64,000 nucleotides of DNA from an uncultured Leptospirales bacterium (GCA_964626055.1 CAZVDF010000003.1:2848-66847); one strand, 5' to 3'; positions 38,831-49,151 are shown, counted from the first letter of the stretch. Made by a program: numbers and translations. Notes: generated by a model not told the origin, from the sequence alone.

Positions 38831-39391
38831 CTAATTAACTGTTGCCTGTTTATCTGCCTTATCGTCTGCCTTAATAGTATCGTTATTATTCTTATTATCT
38901 TTAGCAGTATTATTTTTATTATCGTTTATTTTCCCGGCCTTATTGCCCGGCTCGCCGGTATATACGGCATGTATATCGTTCAAGCCGATCTCCCTGCCGT
39001 TTACCATCAGTCTTATTTCATCATTTTTAAAGAATATAGATGTTACCGTCCCCTCAACCTTTACCCCCGATGCCGGGTCGAACGCCTTTACGTTTTTCCC
39101 GAGCAGCGAATATGCTTCAGCCGAGCGGGAAGTCCTGTTAAGCTGCTGAACGGACTTGTTTACGTTGGTCATTTGCTCAAGCGCGGAGAACTGCGCCATT
39201 TGTGAAATGAACTCCTTGTTCTCCATAGGCTGTGTCGGGTCCTGATGCCTCAGTTCGGTTACAAGGAGCTTCAGGAAAGCATCCTTGTCCAGGTTCTCAT
39301 TCCCGATCCTGTTTTTTTTCGGTTTGGATAAAATATTATTGCTATCGGTTTTTTTTATTGAGCTGTTTATTGCCACAGAAGTATTTTCCAT
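38831..39391 (-). CDS. flgD: Flagellar hook capping/assembly protein
   Basis: FLKLLVTELRHQDPTQPMENKEFISQMAQFSALEQ is the FlgD N-terminal signature. A Tudor-like C-terminal domain follows. Confidence 0.85.
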   Translation of the reverse strand: MENTSVAINSSIKKTDSNNILSKPKKNRIGNENLDKDAFLKLLVTELRHQDPTQPMENKEFISQMAQFSALEQMTNVNKSVQQLNRTSRSAEAYSLLGKNVKAFDPASGVKVEGTVTSIFFKNDEIRLMVNGREIGLNDIHAVYTGEPGNKAGKINDNKNNTAKDNKNNNDTIKADDKADKQATVN

Positions 39392-39412
39392 AAATATTTC
39401 CTCTGATATTCT

Positions 39413-40840
39413 TTAAATAATCATATCTATTTCGCCGCTATGCACATACGACGAATTCGATTCATATTCCGCTCCTGCGCTTCCAGTTTGCATCCCGGCG
39501 GCCATATGCAATGGAACTTCCTCGCTGTATTCGAAGAAAGGTTTCTTCTCATCCCTTACATTTACATTAAATCCGCCGACGGATATTCCTTCCTCGCGAA
39601 GCCGGTCGATTACAGATTGAATATTTTCAAGAAGCGCATCTTTCGCATCTGTGCTGTCCACAAGGAACTTGCCGAACAGGACGCCCTGTTCGAGGCTCAG
39701 ATTAACATTAACCTTACCAAGCGATTCGGGATAAAGCCTTATTGAGAAGCTCCCGTTCCTGCTGTCCTGCATCGTTACCTTTGCGTTCTGCATTATGATA
39801 TCCAGCTGATCGCCGAAACCGCTTCTTTTCCCCGCGTATCCGGCATCCGGCTTCTGCCGAATGGAAGCGGCGCTTTCGGTCTCTTTGCGGAAAGAAGAAA
39901 AATTAAACGCAGCTCCGTTATCCTTTGAATGCGTATTTTCTTTTTTTTCGTTTGCGGGAACTTCATTGAATACTTTATGTGCATTTATATTTTTATTATC
40001 AGGTTCATTGTTGCCGTACGCTGCATTTTCCTGTCTGCGAATATTCAAGTGCTGCTTTATCTCATCTATTAAATTTGATATCTGTTTTCTTAGAGTTTGA
40101 ACAGTTGCATTATCCGCAATACCGGCATCCTGTTTTTTCTCAAAATTAAATTCTTTTGAGCGTAATTTTTTCGAACCGGACCTGTCGTTCACGGTTTCTA
40201 CCAGTTTTTCAAGTCTATCCAGCAGATTCTTAATATCCGGGACAGCCGGCGAAACAACAGACTTCTTATCTGCAAAATTATTTTTTGTTTCCACGCTGTT
40301 CTTTAATTCGAGAAGAGTCGATTTTATCTCATTGCTCTGCTTCTTATCAAAAGCAGCACCTTTTAACATTTCTAAAATATGATTAATTGTTTTTAATAAG
40401 AACGCGATATCGTCAGCTTTGCCTGCTTTATATTTTTCTTTTAAAGGTTCTGCCTCGATTTTATCTTTCACTTTAGCATCTGATTCATTAATTGAACCGG
40501 AAGGATTGCCTTTAGTCTTTTCCTTTTGAGCTGTTTCTCCGGTATTTACACTGTTATTTTTAAGATCCCGGGATTCGTGTCTTTCCTGGACATCCTTTTC
40601 ACTGCTGCTTTTGCCGGAATGTCGCGTTTCATTACGGTCGGCAGGCACCAATTCTTCGGAACGGATTCCTGCATTTTGCAATTGGACCTGAAGAATATTG
40701 CTGAAACCGTGAGAGGAAGACTTATTTCCCTTTGATACATCGGTAGCATTCGCACTTAATTGCATCGGATTATCAAGGGTCTTTACAAAATTTATATTCG
40801 GAATATATTGCATCATCGATTCCCGTGGTAAATTAAACAA
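39413..40840 (-). CDS. fliK: Flagellar hook-length control protein
   Basis: Low-complexity N-terminal and central region. FliK C-terminal domain (SFSIRLYPESLGKVNVNLSLEQGVLFGKFLVDSTDAKDALLENI). Synteny with flgD-flgE supports the call. Confidence 0.75.
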   Translation of the reverse strand: MFNLPRESMMQYIPNINFVKTLDNPMQLSANATDVSKGNKSSSHGFSNILQVQLQNAGIRSEELVPADRNETRHSGKSSSEKDVQERHESRDLKNNSVNTGETAQKEKTKGNPSGSINESDAKVKDKIEAEPLKEKYKAGKADDIAFLLKTINHILEMLKGAAFDKKQSNEIKSTLLELKNSVETKNNFADKKSVVSPAVPDIKNLLDRLEKLVETVNDRSGSKKLRSKEFNFEKKQDAGIADNATVQTLRKQISNLIDEIKQHLNIRRQENAAYGNNEPDNKNINAHKVFNEVPANEKKENTHSKDNGAAFNFSSFRKETESAASIRQKPDAGYAGKRSGFGDQLDIIMQNAKVTMQDSRNGSFSIRLYPESLGKVNVNLSLEQGVLFGKFLVDSTDAKDALLENIQSVIDRLREEGISVGGFNVNVRDEKKPFFEYSEEVPLHMAAGMQTGSAGAEYESNSSYVHSGEIDMII

Positions 40841-41015
40841 TTATCCAGTACTGCCAAATTTATAAAGCAATGACTTAATAAATAGCTTCTTATCAAGTAG
40901 TTGCATTTTCCGGAAATAATATTCGCAAATTACCGGCAATACGCCCATTACTGATTATTAATATCGATACGTAATTGAATAAACTGAATGAAAATTAATT
41001 AAAATTATTTGCGGC

Positions 41016-41086
41016 GAACCTTTAAAAATTTAAAGGTTCCATTAAGGGGTTACCGACAAGTCGGAAATAATTTTCCCGGCTTGTCG
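41016..41086. promoter_or_regulatory. Tandem structured elements downstream of trxA: a 24 bp palindrome and an 11 bp-stem hairpin followed by T6 on the + strand
   Basis: GAACCTTTAAA-AA-TTTAAAGGTTC at 41016-41039. CGACAAGTCGG...CCGGCTTGTCG at 41054-41086, followed by ATTTTTTCT. The T-run sits on the + strand although the neighbouring genes are on the minus strand. Confidence 0.35.
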
Positions 41087-41112
41087 ATTTTTTCTGAAAG
41101 TATTTTACAGCT

Positions 41113-41427
41113 TTACTGAAGTTTGCTTTTTAATACGTTCTCCGGCTGGGTTCCTATCATCCTTTCCAATTCTTTGCCGTTTTCAAAAAGAATAAGGGTC
41201 GGGATGGATTGGATGGAATACCTGCCGGCGATTTCCTGATTTTCATCGGTATTTACTTTCACGACCTTTGCTTTGATTTCACCGGCCGCCGCGAGTTTTT
41301 CGAGTATCGGGGTCTGCATTCTGCATGGCCCGCACCATGGCGCCCAGAAGTCGACAAGTACTTTCCCTTTGGCATCTAGTACCTCTGTTTTAAAATTATT
41401 ATTATTAATTTCGGTTAAATTTGCCAT
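41113..41427 (-). CDS. trxA: Thioredoxin
   Basis: 104 aa with the WAPWCGPCRM active site. Confidence 0.9.
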   Translation of the reverse strand: MANLTEINNNNFKTEVLDAKGKVLVDFWAPWCGPCRMQTPILEKLAAAGEIKAKVVKVNTDENQEIAGRYSIQSIPTLILFENGKELERMIGTQPENVLKSKLQ

Positions 41428-41541
41428 TTTCCCTCCATTTGCTGATGTGACATATTTTATTATATATTATTACATTTATTACCGAAGTCAAATAAAAATA
41501 TATCAGTCTTTGAATTAAAAAGAATTAATATAATATGTTAT

Positions 41542-43758
41542 TTAATCTATCTTTTGAAGGTTCGCGTACTTTTCCAGAAAAGATTTGCTCCTGCCGTTAA
41601 AAGTTATTGTCAGCTTGATATTGTCTCCGGCGCCCTTTATGCCGGTTATTATCCCGGTGCCGTATCTGGGATGCATAACGATCTCTTTGATCCTGAACCG
41701 GCTGCCTCTGCCTGTCTCTTCGGAAAAATTATTTTCGGCTTTTTCAGAATAATTATTTTTTTTCTTCGCTCCGGGATAATAATCATTTTTTGCTTCCGGA
41801 GAATAATCGCCGGAAATGTATTCGGCGGGCTCAAGCAATTCTTCCGGGATCTCGCGTATAAACCTCGAAGGTACTTTAAACCTCTGCTCGCTGTAGCTCC
41901 TTCTCATCGCGGCATTCGTAATAAACAATCTGTTCATAGCGCGTGTAATTCCGACATAACACAGTCTTCTCTCTTCTTCCAGCCCTTCTTCCGTGTCGCT
42001 CGACATGCTGTGAGGGAAAGTTCCGTCTTCCATCCCGGTTAAAAATACGACCGGGAACTCAAGACCTTTCGCAATATGCACTGTCATTAGGGTTATATTC
42101 CCGGTTTCGTCGCCAACCTCGGGATTCTCTTCGGACGTCAGAAGCGAAACAGTCTGCAGAAACTCATCGAGTGTAACGCGCATGTTCATGGCTTCATAAT
42201 CATAAATGCTGTTCAGGAATTCCGCGATGTTTTCCAGTCTCGCCCTGCTCTCGATGCTATCTTCATCTTCAAGGTTTTTTCTGTAGCCGGATGTCTTAAG
42301 TATCTCACTAACAAAATCGGCAAGGCTTAAATTGTCGGGGATATTCTTTGCCGCTTCCATGCCGTCTTTAATGATCTCCCTGAACTCTTTAATCCCCTTC
42401 GGCTGCTTCCCTTTTATATCCATTTCCTTTTCTATAACTTCCCATTCGGATATTCCTTTTTCTTTTGCAGTCACGCGAAGCGCTTCAATAGTGACATCTC
42501 CCAGCCCCCTGGCAGGCTCATTAATGATCCTTAGCATTGAAACAATATCTGACGGATTTGCGATCACCCGGAGATACGCGAGAATATCCTTTATCTCCTT
42601 TCTGTCGTAGAACTTCAGCCCGCCGACAATCCTGTAAGGTATATTCTCCCTTCTCAGGTAATCCTCAAAAATCCTTGACTGGGCGTTTGTCCTGTAAAAT
42701 ATCGCAAAGTCCTTATTCCTGAGCCGCTCCCTGTTTTTCAATGTGATAATAGTGTTGATGACGTACTCAGCTTCGCCGTATTCGTTATTTGTCTGGCACC
42801 AGACGACCGGTTCGCCTTCGCCCCTTACGGCCTTAAGCCGCTTATCCTTCCGCTGCCTGTTATTTTTTATGACACAGGCTGCGGATTCAAGTATAGGCAT
42901 AGTCGATCTGTAATTTTCTCCGAGAGTAACAACCTTCGCTTCATTATAATCTTTTTCAAAGTTGAGAATGTTGCGGATATCAGCCCCTCTCCACGAATAG
43001 ATCGACTGATCATCGTCGCCCACAACGCACAGATTCCTTGAGCCGGATGACAGGTATCTGCAGATCAAATATTGCGCGTGGTTCGTATCCTGGTATTCGT
43101 CTATCATGAAATATTTCCACTGTTTCTGCATTTTTGAGGTTTCTTCCGGATATTCACCCAGCAGTCTTGTGGTTTCAATAAGCAGATCGTCGAAGTCGAG
43201 TGCGCAAAGTCTTCTTAAGCGGCGGTGGTAAACCGAATAGACCTCGGGAAAATTGAACGGAAGATTATCCGGCATAAGGCTGTCGGGACCGTGCGTAAAG
43301 AATTCGGGTCTGTTCTTTATTTCTGAAATACGCGAAGCGATTGTGCGCGGCTTGATCTTTTTGGGATCAATGCGCATCTCCATAAGAATGTCTTTTATTA
43401 GAGATTCCTGATCGCCTGTGTCATATATTGAGAATGAACGCGGTATCCCGATTCTCTCGCCGTACTTCCTTAGAATATATACCGCCGCAGAATGAAATGT
43501 TTTTATGAACACGCTGTTGCCTTCAGGCCCGACCAGATCTATCACTCTTTTTTTCATCTCTGCCGCCGCTTTGTTCGTAAATGTAACAGCCATGATGCAA
43601 TAAGGGGGAACTCTTTTCTCTTTAAGCAGATATGCAATACGGTATGTGATCACCCTTGTTTTCCCTGAACCCGCGCCTGCGAGTATAAGCAGAGGCCCTT
43701 CGGTATGAACCACAGCCTCTTTCTGGTTTTTATTTAATTTGTCTATCAGCTGGATCAT
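41542..43758 (-). CDS. pcrA: ATP-dependent DNA helicase PcrA/UvrD family
   Basis: LNKNQKEAVVHTEGPLLILAGAGSGKTRVITYRIAYL, with UvrD helicase motifs throughout. 738 aa. Confidence 0.9.
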   Translation of the reverse strand: MIQLIDKLNKNQKEAVVHTEGPLLILAGAGSGKTRVITYRIAYLLKEKRVPPYCIMAVTFTNKAAAEMKKRVIDLVGPEGNSVFIKTFHSAAVYILRKYGERIGIPRSFSIYDTGDQESLIKDILMEMRIDPKKIKPRTIASRISEIKNRPEFFTHGPDSLMPDNLPFNFPEVYSVYHRRLRRLCALDFDDLLIETTRLLGEYPEETSKMQKQWKYFMIDEYQDTNHAQYLICRYLSSGSRNLCVVGDDDQSIYSWRGADIRNILNFEKDYNEAKVVTLGENYRSTMPILESAACVIKNNRQRKDKRLKAVRGEGEPVVWCQTNNEYGEAEYVINTIITLKNRERLRNKDFAIFYRTNAQSRIFEDYLRRENIPYRIVGGLKFYDRKEIKDILAYLRVIANPSDIVSMLRIINEPARGLGDVTIEALRVTAKEKGISEWEVIEKEMDIKGKQPKGIKEFREIIKDGMEAAKNIPDNLSLADFVSEILKTSGYRKNLEDEDSIESRARLENIAEFLNSIYDYEAMNMRVTLDEFLQTVSLLTSEENPEVGDETGNITLMTVHIAKGLEFPVVFLTGMEDGTFPHSMSSDTEEGLEEERRLCYVGITRAMNRLFITNAAMRRSYSEQRFKVPSRFIREIPEELLEPAEYISGDYSPEAKNDYYPGAKKKNNYSEKAENNFSEETGRGSRFRIKEIVMHPRYGTGIITGIKGAGDNIKLTITFNGRSKSFLEKYANLQKID

Positions 43759-43934
43759 CTATTTTCCCCGATTATAGAATGCAAATCTTTAATTTCTTTT
43801 AACATTTGTAAAGATGTTTTCCTAATTAAAAAGTTCTTTCAGGAATATCGGGAAATGACATTAGCACTCTTCAACTTATGCCACTAAGTTTAATACGCTT
43901 CTCATTTTATCAAAACAACTGATGCCTTCACACT

Positions 43935-44076
43935 CCCCCTAACCCCCAAAGGGGGCATAAAAAAACTTCTGCTATATATTTCATTTCTTCATCTAATATT
44001 CGAATGATTCTAAAAATACTAAAATCTTCAGAAAAAAACCATCAGAACAGGTGCCCCCTCCGGGGGATAGGGGGCT
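43935..44076. mobile_element. Second, shorter MITE-like element bounded by the same GC-rich hairpin repeats
   Basis: The left end is CCCCCTAACCCCCAAAGGGGGC (43935-43956). The right end is GGTGCCCCCTCCGGGGGATAGGGGGCT (44050-44076), identical to the right TIR of the 8.1-8.4 kb element. About 95 bp of AT-rich DNA lies between them. Confidence 0.4.
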
Positions 44077-44150
44077 GGAATAGTATTGCGCATCCTTCTC
44101 CGGTTACTTTTTTTCATTCCCATAATAAATATGGACAGATGTCAGATCCT

Positions 44151-44177
44151 GCAAAGGGGGCACCAATCTGGAATAAA
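44151..44177. repeat. Partial copy of the hairpin-repeat family (GCAAAGGGGGCACCAATCTGGAATAAA)
   Basis: It shares GGGGGCACC plus the flanking ATCTGGAATAAA with the copy at 46337-46362 (GGGCACAATCCTGGAATAAAA). Confidence 0.3.
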
Positions 44178-44225
44178 TTTTCACATCAAAATTACTGAAA
44201 CAGGTGAGATATTGGCTATAATAAA

Positions 44226-46181
44226 CTACACTACAGGCGAAGAAAAAGTGCGTTTCAGCTCTTCAAGCGAATAAACAACTTTACAATCCGGGAGCGATTC
44301 AAGGAACATTTTGCCGTATCCCTTTGAAAGTATTCGCGGGTCGAGCACTGCAACAATGCCGCGGTCCTCTTTGCTCCTGATAAGCCTGCCGAACCCCTGT
44401 TTGAACTTGATCACGGCGCTCGGTATCTGGTATGACGAGAACGGGTTCAATCCGCGTTCTTCGAGTCTTTCTATCCTGGCCTGCGTTATGGGCCTGTCCG
44501 GCACGCTGAAAGGCAGGCGCATCATTATTACGCCGCGCAGGAGATCGCCGGGCAGGTCTATACCCTGCCAGAAAGAATGCGTGCCCATCAGAATCGATCC
44601 GTCATCATTTATATATCGCTCGACTGTCTCCACTGCGGAGAAATCACCCTGGGCGTAAATAGTATTCTTTGTCAGATTTACGAGCCTGCGCCTGATCGTT
44701 TCAAGCATTTTATATGATGTAAATAGCATGAGGCAATTCCCGCCGACAAGATCGATGATCCCTGATGAAATGTCAGCAGCCTGCTCGATATATCCGGCTT
44801 CATCGGGACTGTTTGAATTCTTTTCCAGATACAGCACAACCTGGTTCTTATAATCGAACGGCGAATCCAGAAGCAGCGGTCTGTAATCGAAAACTCCGAG
44901 CCTGTCGGCAATGAACGAAAATTCTCTTTTAGCGGTCAATGCGGCGCTTACGAAAATGCAGCTGTCGTAAAACGAATTGATTTCATGATACATCGGCTGT
45001 GATACATCGACAGGTTTCCCCATCAAATGAATGTCGCCAAGCATTGCCTCGCTTTCTTTTTCGATCCAGTAGACAAAATTCGAATTTTGCAGATGTATCA
45101 GCGATTCAAGGTTCTGTAAAAATGAGAACAATCTGCCGCGTGCAATTTCAAAATCAATGTTTACAGTATCTTCCGTAAAATCATCCTGAACTCTTTCAAA
45201 AATAACCAGAATATCCTTAAGATGTTTTACCAGCATGTCGCCGAACGGCAGGGACTCCCTAATGCGGAAAGTCTGCTGATCATCCTTGAAAAGGTCTCTG
45301 AGTTTTTCAAAAAAGAGGTTCAGCTCTTTCGAAATGGCATTTACCGCTTCCACCGTGCGTTTTCTGTCTTTTTCGCCTGATATCCTGTTCGCAATGCTGC
45401 TTTTTCTCGATCTTTTATAGACATTCTGAAGAGTCTCCATTGTGCTGTTATAGCTTTCTTCAAATCCTAGCTGATCCGAAGCTATCTCTTCGATCGAGTG
45501 AGCTTCATCGAAGATCACAATGTCAAATTTCGGCAGATAGGCTTTGCCTGCCGATATATTCGAAAAGAAAAGATAGTGATTCATTACCAGCAGATTTGAG
45601 TTCTGCCATTCTCTTTTGGCTCTTAAATAAACGCACTTCGTGGAAAATGGACAGCGATGAGAATTACATGCTTCGCTCTCCCTGTAAATCTCTTCCCACA
45701 GCTTGTTCGGCACAGACAGGTCAAATCTGGAAAATACGCCTTTCCCGGCGAACGCATCCGTTATTGCATCGATCGCGTATTTATCGCCTGCTTCAAAACC
45801 TCCGCGCAGTATAAGAGTTTCAAATCGTCTTCTGCACGGATAATTGGAACTGCCCAGACAAAGTGAATGCCTGAAATCCTTTCCGGTGTATTCTTTAATG
45901 ACCTTTCTTGCAAGTCGTATGTCTTTGTCGACAAGCTGCTTTTGAAGCGCTTTTGTCTCGGTACTTACCGCAACGATCTTCTTATTGTCCAGACTGTACA
46001 GAATTGCGGGTATAAGATATGCCAGGGTCTTGCCGATTCCCGTACCAGCTTCGATGAGAGCATTCTCCTTATCGAGAAGCCTCTCCATTATGAATTCCGC
46101 CATCTGGAGCTGTTCGCCGCGAAATTCAAAATTACTATGTACTCTGCTCAGATACCCTGATTTTCCGAAAATATCTTCCAT
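44226..46181 (-). CDS. dinG: DinG/XPD-like ATP-dependent helicase with Fe-S domain
   Basis: Walker A AGTGIGKTLAYL, DEAH box IVIFDEAHSIEE, and a four-Cys cluster between them (CLGSSNYPC...CNSHRC...C). C-terminal helicase motifs. Confidence 0.8.
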   Translation of the reverse strand: MEDIFGKSGYLSRVHSNFEFRGEQLQMAEFIMERLLDKENALIEAGTGIGKTLAYLIPAILYSLDNKKIVAVSTETKALQKQLVDKDIRLARKVIKEYTGKDFRHSLCLGSSNYPCRRRFETLILRGGFEAGDKYAIDAITDAFAGKGVFSRFDLSVPNKLWEEIYRESEACNSHRCPFSTKCVYLRAKREWQNSNLLVMNHYLFFSNISAGKAYLPKFDIVIFDEAHSIEEIASDQLGFEESYNSTMETLQNVYKRSRKSSIANRISGEKDRKRTVEAVNAISKELNLFFEKLRDLFKDDQQTFRIRESLPFGDMLVKHLKDILVIFERVQDDFTEDTVNIDFEIARGRLFSFLQNLESLIHLQNSNFVYWIEKESEAMLGDIHLMGKPVDVSQPMYHEINSFYDSCIFVSAALTAKREFSFIADRLGVFDYRPLLLDSPFDYKNQVVLYLEKNSNSPDEAGYIEQAADISSGIIDLVGGNCLMLFTSYKMLETIRRRLVNLTKNTIYAQGDFSAVETVERYINDDGSILMGTHSFWQGIDLPGDLLRGVIMMRLPFSVPDRPITQARIERLEERGLNPFSSYQIPSAVIKFKQGFGRLIRSKEDRGIVAVLDPRILSKGYGKMFLESLPDCKVVYSLEELKRTFSSPVV

Positions 46182-46322
46182 TAAAATTTAATATTTTATT
46201 CCAAAATATTTGCTTAATATGTAATAAATCTCCACTGCATCCAGGGGAAGCCTCTTCCTGTAAACAATTATTTGTATTAATATATTAAAACTGTGCTCCT
46301 CTTCTATTGTCACTCCTTTTTT

Positions 46323-46420
46323 GCCCTCTATCCCCCCAAGAGGGCACAATCCTGGAATAAAAGATATTATTCACATTATAAACTTCACAACTAGCGCACC
46401 CTCCCCGTCCCAAGGGGAGG
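46323..46420. repeat. Two further GC-rich hairpin repeats (GCCCTCTATCCCCCCAAGAGGGC and CCCTCCCCGTCCCAAGGGGAGG) in the rfaE-dinG intergenic region
   Basis: They have the same stem-loop design as the other copies: a C-rich arm, a C-rich loop, then a G-rich arm. One carries the flanking CAATCCTGGAATAAAA shared with 44151-44177. Confidence 0.4.
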
Positions 46421-46547
46421 CTTCGCGCGGGGTCTCAGGAGGCCGGGAGATTTCCTACTCCCTATTATTTAAAGGACGCAGAGAAGCCGGAGGGATTCAT
46501 AATCGAAGCAGCAAATTCGCTTATTAATATATTTAAATCAACCAACT

Positions 46548-47042
46548 CTATCTTTTTCCACTGCATAGTTTCGCAACAATATTCGTCGTGGAATATCCTT
46601 TCACAAGAGGCAATATTTTTATTATTCCGCCGTTATCTTCAATAACTTTTTTCTCTACTAATTCGTCAGGCGAGTAATCGCCTCCTTTCACATGAATATC
46701 AGGCTTGATTTTTTTAAGCAATTCAACGGGGGTGTCTTCATGAAACAGCACGCAATAATCGACAAAACCGAGCGCCGCAACTACGGAAATACGGCCCTCC
46801 TCGCCTGTTACCGGCCTGCCGTTGCCTTTTATTCTTCTTACCGACTCCTGGCTGTTGATTCCTACAACCAGAATATCTCCCAGCCTGGAGGCTCGTTCGA
46901 GATAGTCTATATGTCCCAGGTGAAGAATGTCGAAACATCCGTTGGTTGTGACGATTGTTTTCCCTTTCTTCTTAATCTTGCGGCATAAGTTCTCTATTTC
47001 GTCAAACCTGATTATCTTCCTGGAAAAATCTTCAACCTTCAT
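46548..47042 (-). CDS. rfaE: D-glycero-beta-D-manno-heptose 1-phosphate adenylyltransferase (RfaE domain II / cytidylyltransferase-like)
   Basis: 164 aa with TNGCFDILHLGHIDYLERA, the HxGH nucleotidyltransferase motif, and GINSQESVRRIKGNGRP. Confidence 0.75.
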   Translation of the reverse strand: MKVEDFSRKIIRFDEIENLCRKIKKKGKTIVTTNGCFDILHLGHIDYLERASRLGDILVVGINSQESVRRIKGNGRPVTGEEGRISVVAALGFVDYCVLFHEDTPVELLKKIKPDIHVKGGDYSPDELVEKKVIEDNGGIIKILPLVKGYSTTNIVAKLCSGKR

Positions 47043-47162
47043 GTCATTGATCCGTTTTACTTAATGGGGAATCTTTTAATCCGCAATACTTGCAGTTAAT
47101 ATTTAGAGCATTTCAGGCGTGGAAAAACAACTATAAATTTATTTTAAGATGTGTCCCGTGTC

Positions 47163-49139
47163 CTACTCGAATTTAAAAGACGGATATCTGTCAACGACCC
47201 CGGTAATAAAGGATAATATGCCGGCATAATACCTGTAGTATCGTACGATAAAATCGAATAATACTTTCGGCCATTTTCTGCGTACTATTATTGAAAGCAG
47301 ACCGATCAGATAAATTATAACGCACCCTATGGACAGTATTGTGATCAGGATCAAATGAGGCAGCGCCGCTAATATTATTCCTATCATACTGATCCTCAGA
47401 ACGGCAATAATCCTGGAGTAACGGATAGGATATGTGGCATCATATTGAAGAGGATAATCAATGTCCTTTCTGCCGGCAAATTTCGGCATTTCTTCCACTG
47501 CATCGATGCTGCATGCGCTGAGCGAAAGCATATACCTTATCGTGTTTTCCTGTATCGCAGTAAAATCTTCCTCGTGTAAGCCGGAGAATGCGATTATAAT
47601 CCAGTTAAAAAATGACAGAATGGCGGATAATACGGAATAAATCAGTAATACTATGAAGTGAGGGATAAGCACAATTGGATAAAGACAGATAAGCCTGAAG
47701 ATTGCCCCTGTCCTTGAAAATTTAAGGGAATAATCAATAGAAAAATTGATCATGCCGCGGGGAACAGTGTCCCTGATATCCGCATCGGGGCTTGAAATTT
47801 CCAGTTCATGCTCTTTAAAATCCCTGCTTAAATGTATATCATCGGGTTTAACGACCTTCTCGTCTTTTTTAAAGAAATCGTCATCATCAAACTCATCCAG
47901 TTCAATTTCCACCGACCCCTCTTCAATAAGGTCGAGCTCATCGGTTTTTTTTGCCGGTATTTTGCTCACTTCGGGAGCAACTTCGTCAATTGTAAGCCTG
48001 ATATCCTCTTCTTCGGTCTCCGCTATCTTCCCGGCTTCTTCCTCTTTTACAAGCTCTTCGGGAGTAAGTCCCGCGTCAGAAAGCGATATCCTTTCATCAT
48101 CCAGATCCACGGCCTCACCCTCTTTCAGTTCTTCAACTTCATCCAGGGTCAGATCGAGCGCGTCAAGATCCAATGTTATATTTTCGTCGTCTTCTTTTAC
48201 CGCTTCCGGCCTGGTTTTCAATTGTTCTTTTCTCTCTTCTTTTTTCCCGATCTCTTTAATCTCATCCCCAATGTCGCTGATGTCCAGGCTGTCTGTGCTC
48301 AACGGTTCGAAAGTATCGGAAAGCTCTTCTATCTCTCTGGTTTCTCCATTAAGGTTTTCAATATTTTCCTCAAGCTGGATATCCAGCGAATCCAGATCAA
48401 TTGTAATATCTTCTTCATCAGGTAATGCTTTTTTACCGGCAGACGCTTTATCGGATTTTTTATCTTCACCTAAAATCGAATTAATGTCTATTTCTTCAGC
48501 TTTTTCAAAAACGTTTTCATCCCCCGGCTCTTCCTCAATAAGAAAATCATCCTCAAATTTCTTCGCGGCCTCCTTCCCTCGGACATTTTCACGCTCGGAT
48601 ATATTAATCGCATCTTCCGCCGTCTCGCCTGTTTCCGAAATATCGCCGAGACTCTCGAGGTCCGGCAGGTCCATATCGCTTATATTAAATGAGCTATCCT
48701 CATCTTCCATCCTGGAACTCAGATTTTCCAGCGCGCCGCTCAGTTCGTCTTCAGTCGGCAGCTCCGGCTGCTCTTCTATAACATTGCCGCTCTTCTTCAT
48801 ATATCCCGCGGCTGCCGCACTTTCCGTCTCAGTCCCGTCTTCATCAGATGGCCCCATTATATCGCCAATAAGACCGTCTTCGCCGATCAATCCCTCGTCA
48901 TCCGTAAAATCAGCGCCTATCGGAGATTTTTTTTCTTCCGCGGTTTTCCCGGGAATCTCTTTCTTTACAGGTTTTTCGGCAACAGGTTCATGCGTCTCTC
49001 TTTCTCTCTTCTCCTGGCGGTTGTCGATCTCTACGTTAGTTCCGCACTTAGGACAGGTAAAACCGAAGATCTTATCCCTGATCTTGGAATCATTCACGGA
49101 ATACTGGGATTTGCAGTTTGTGCAGCTGACTATCATCAC
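47163..49139 (-). CDS. Zinc-ribbon (MJ0042-type) protein with a ~400 aa poly-acidic low-complexity linker and a C-terminal polytopic membrane (DUF4389-like) domain
   Basis: N-terminus CTNCKSQY...FTCPKCGTNVEI. The central region is extremely Glu/Asp-rich with repeated L-D-x-L-D motifs. The C-terminal ~200 aa has four or more hydrophobic helices. Confidence 0.55.
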   Translation of the reverse strand: MMIVSCTNCKSQYSVNDSKIRDKIFGFTCPKCGTNVEIDNRQEKRERETHEPVAEKPVKKEIPGKTAEEKKSPIGADFTDDEGLIGEDGLIGDIMGPSDEDGTETESAAAAGYMKKSGNVIEEQPELPTEDELSGALENLSSRMEDEDSSFNISDMDLPDLESLGDISETGETAEDAINISERENVRGKEAAKKFEDDFLIEEEPGDENVFEKAEEIDINSILGEDKKSDKASAGKKALPDEEDITIDLDSLDIQLEENIENLNGETREIEELSDTFEPLSTDSLDISDIGDEIKEIGKKEERKEQLKTRPEAVKEDDENITLDLDALDLTLDEVEELKEGEAVDLDDERISLSDAGLTPEELVKEEEAGKIAETEEEDIRLTIDEVAPEVSKIPAKKTDELDLIEEGSVEIELDEFDDDDFFKKDEKVVKPDDIHLSRDFKEHELEISSPDADIRDTVPRGMINFSIDYSLKFSRTGAIFRLICLYPIVLIPHFIVLLIYSVLSAILSFFNWIIIAFSGLHEEDFTAIQENTIRYMLSLSACSIDAVEEMPKFAGRKDIDYPLQYDATYPIRYSRIIAVLRISMIGIILAALPHLILITILSIGCVIIYLIGLLSIIVRRKWPKVLFDFIVRYYRYYAGILSFITGVVDRYPSFKFE

Positions 49140-49151
49140 TTTCTCCTTGCG

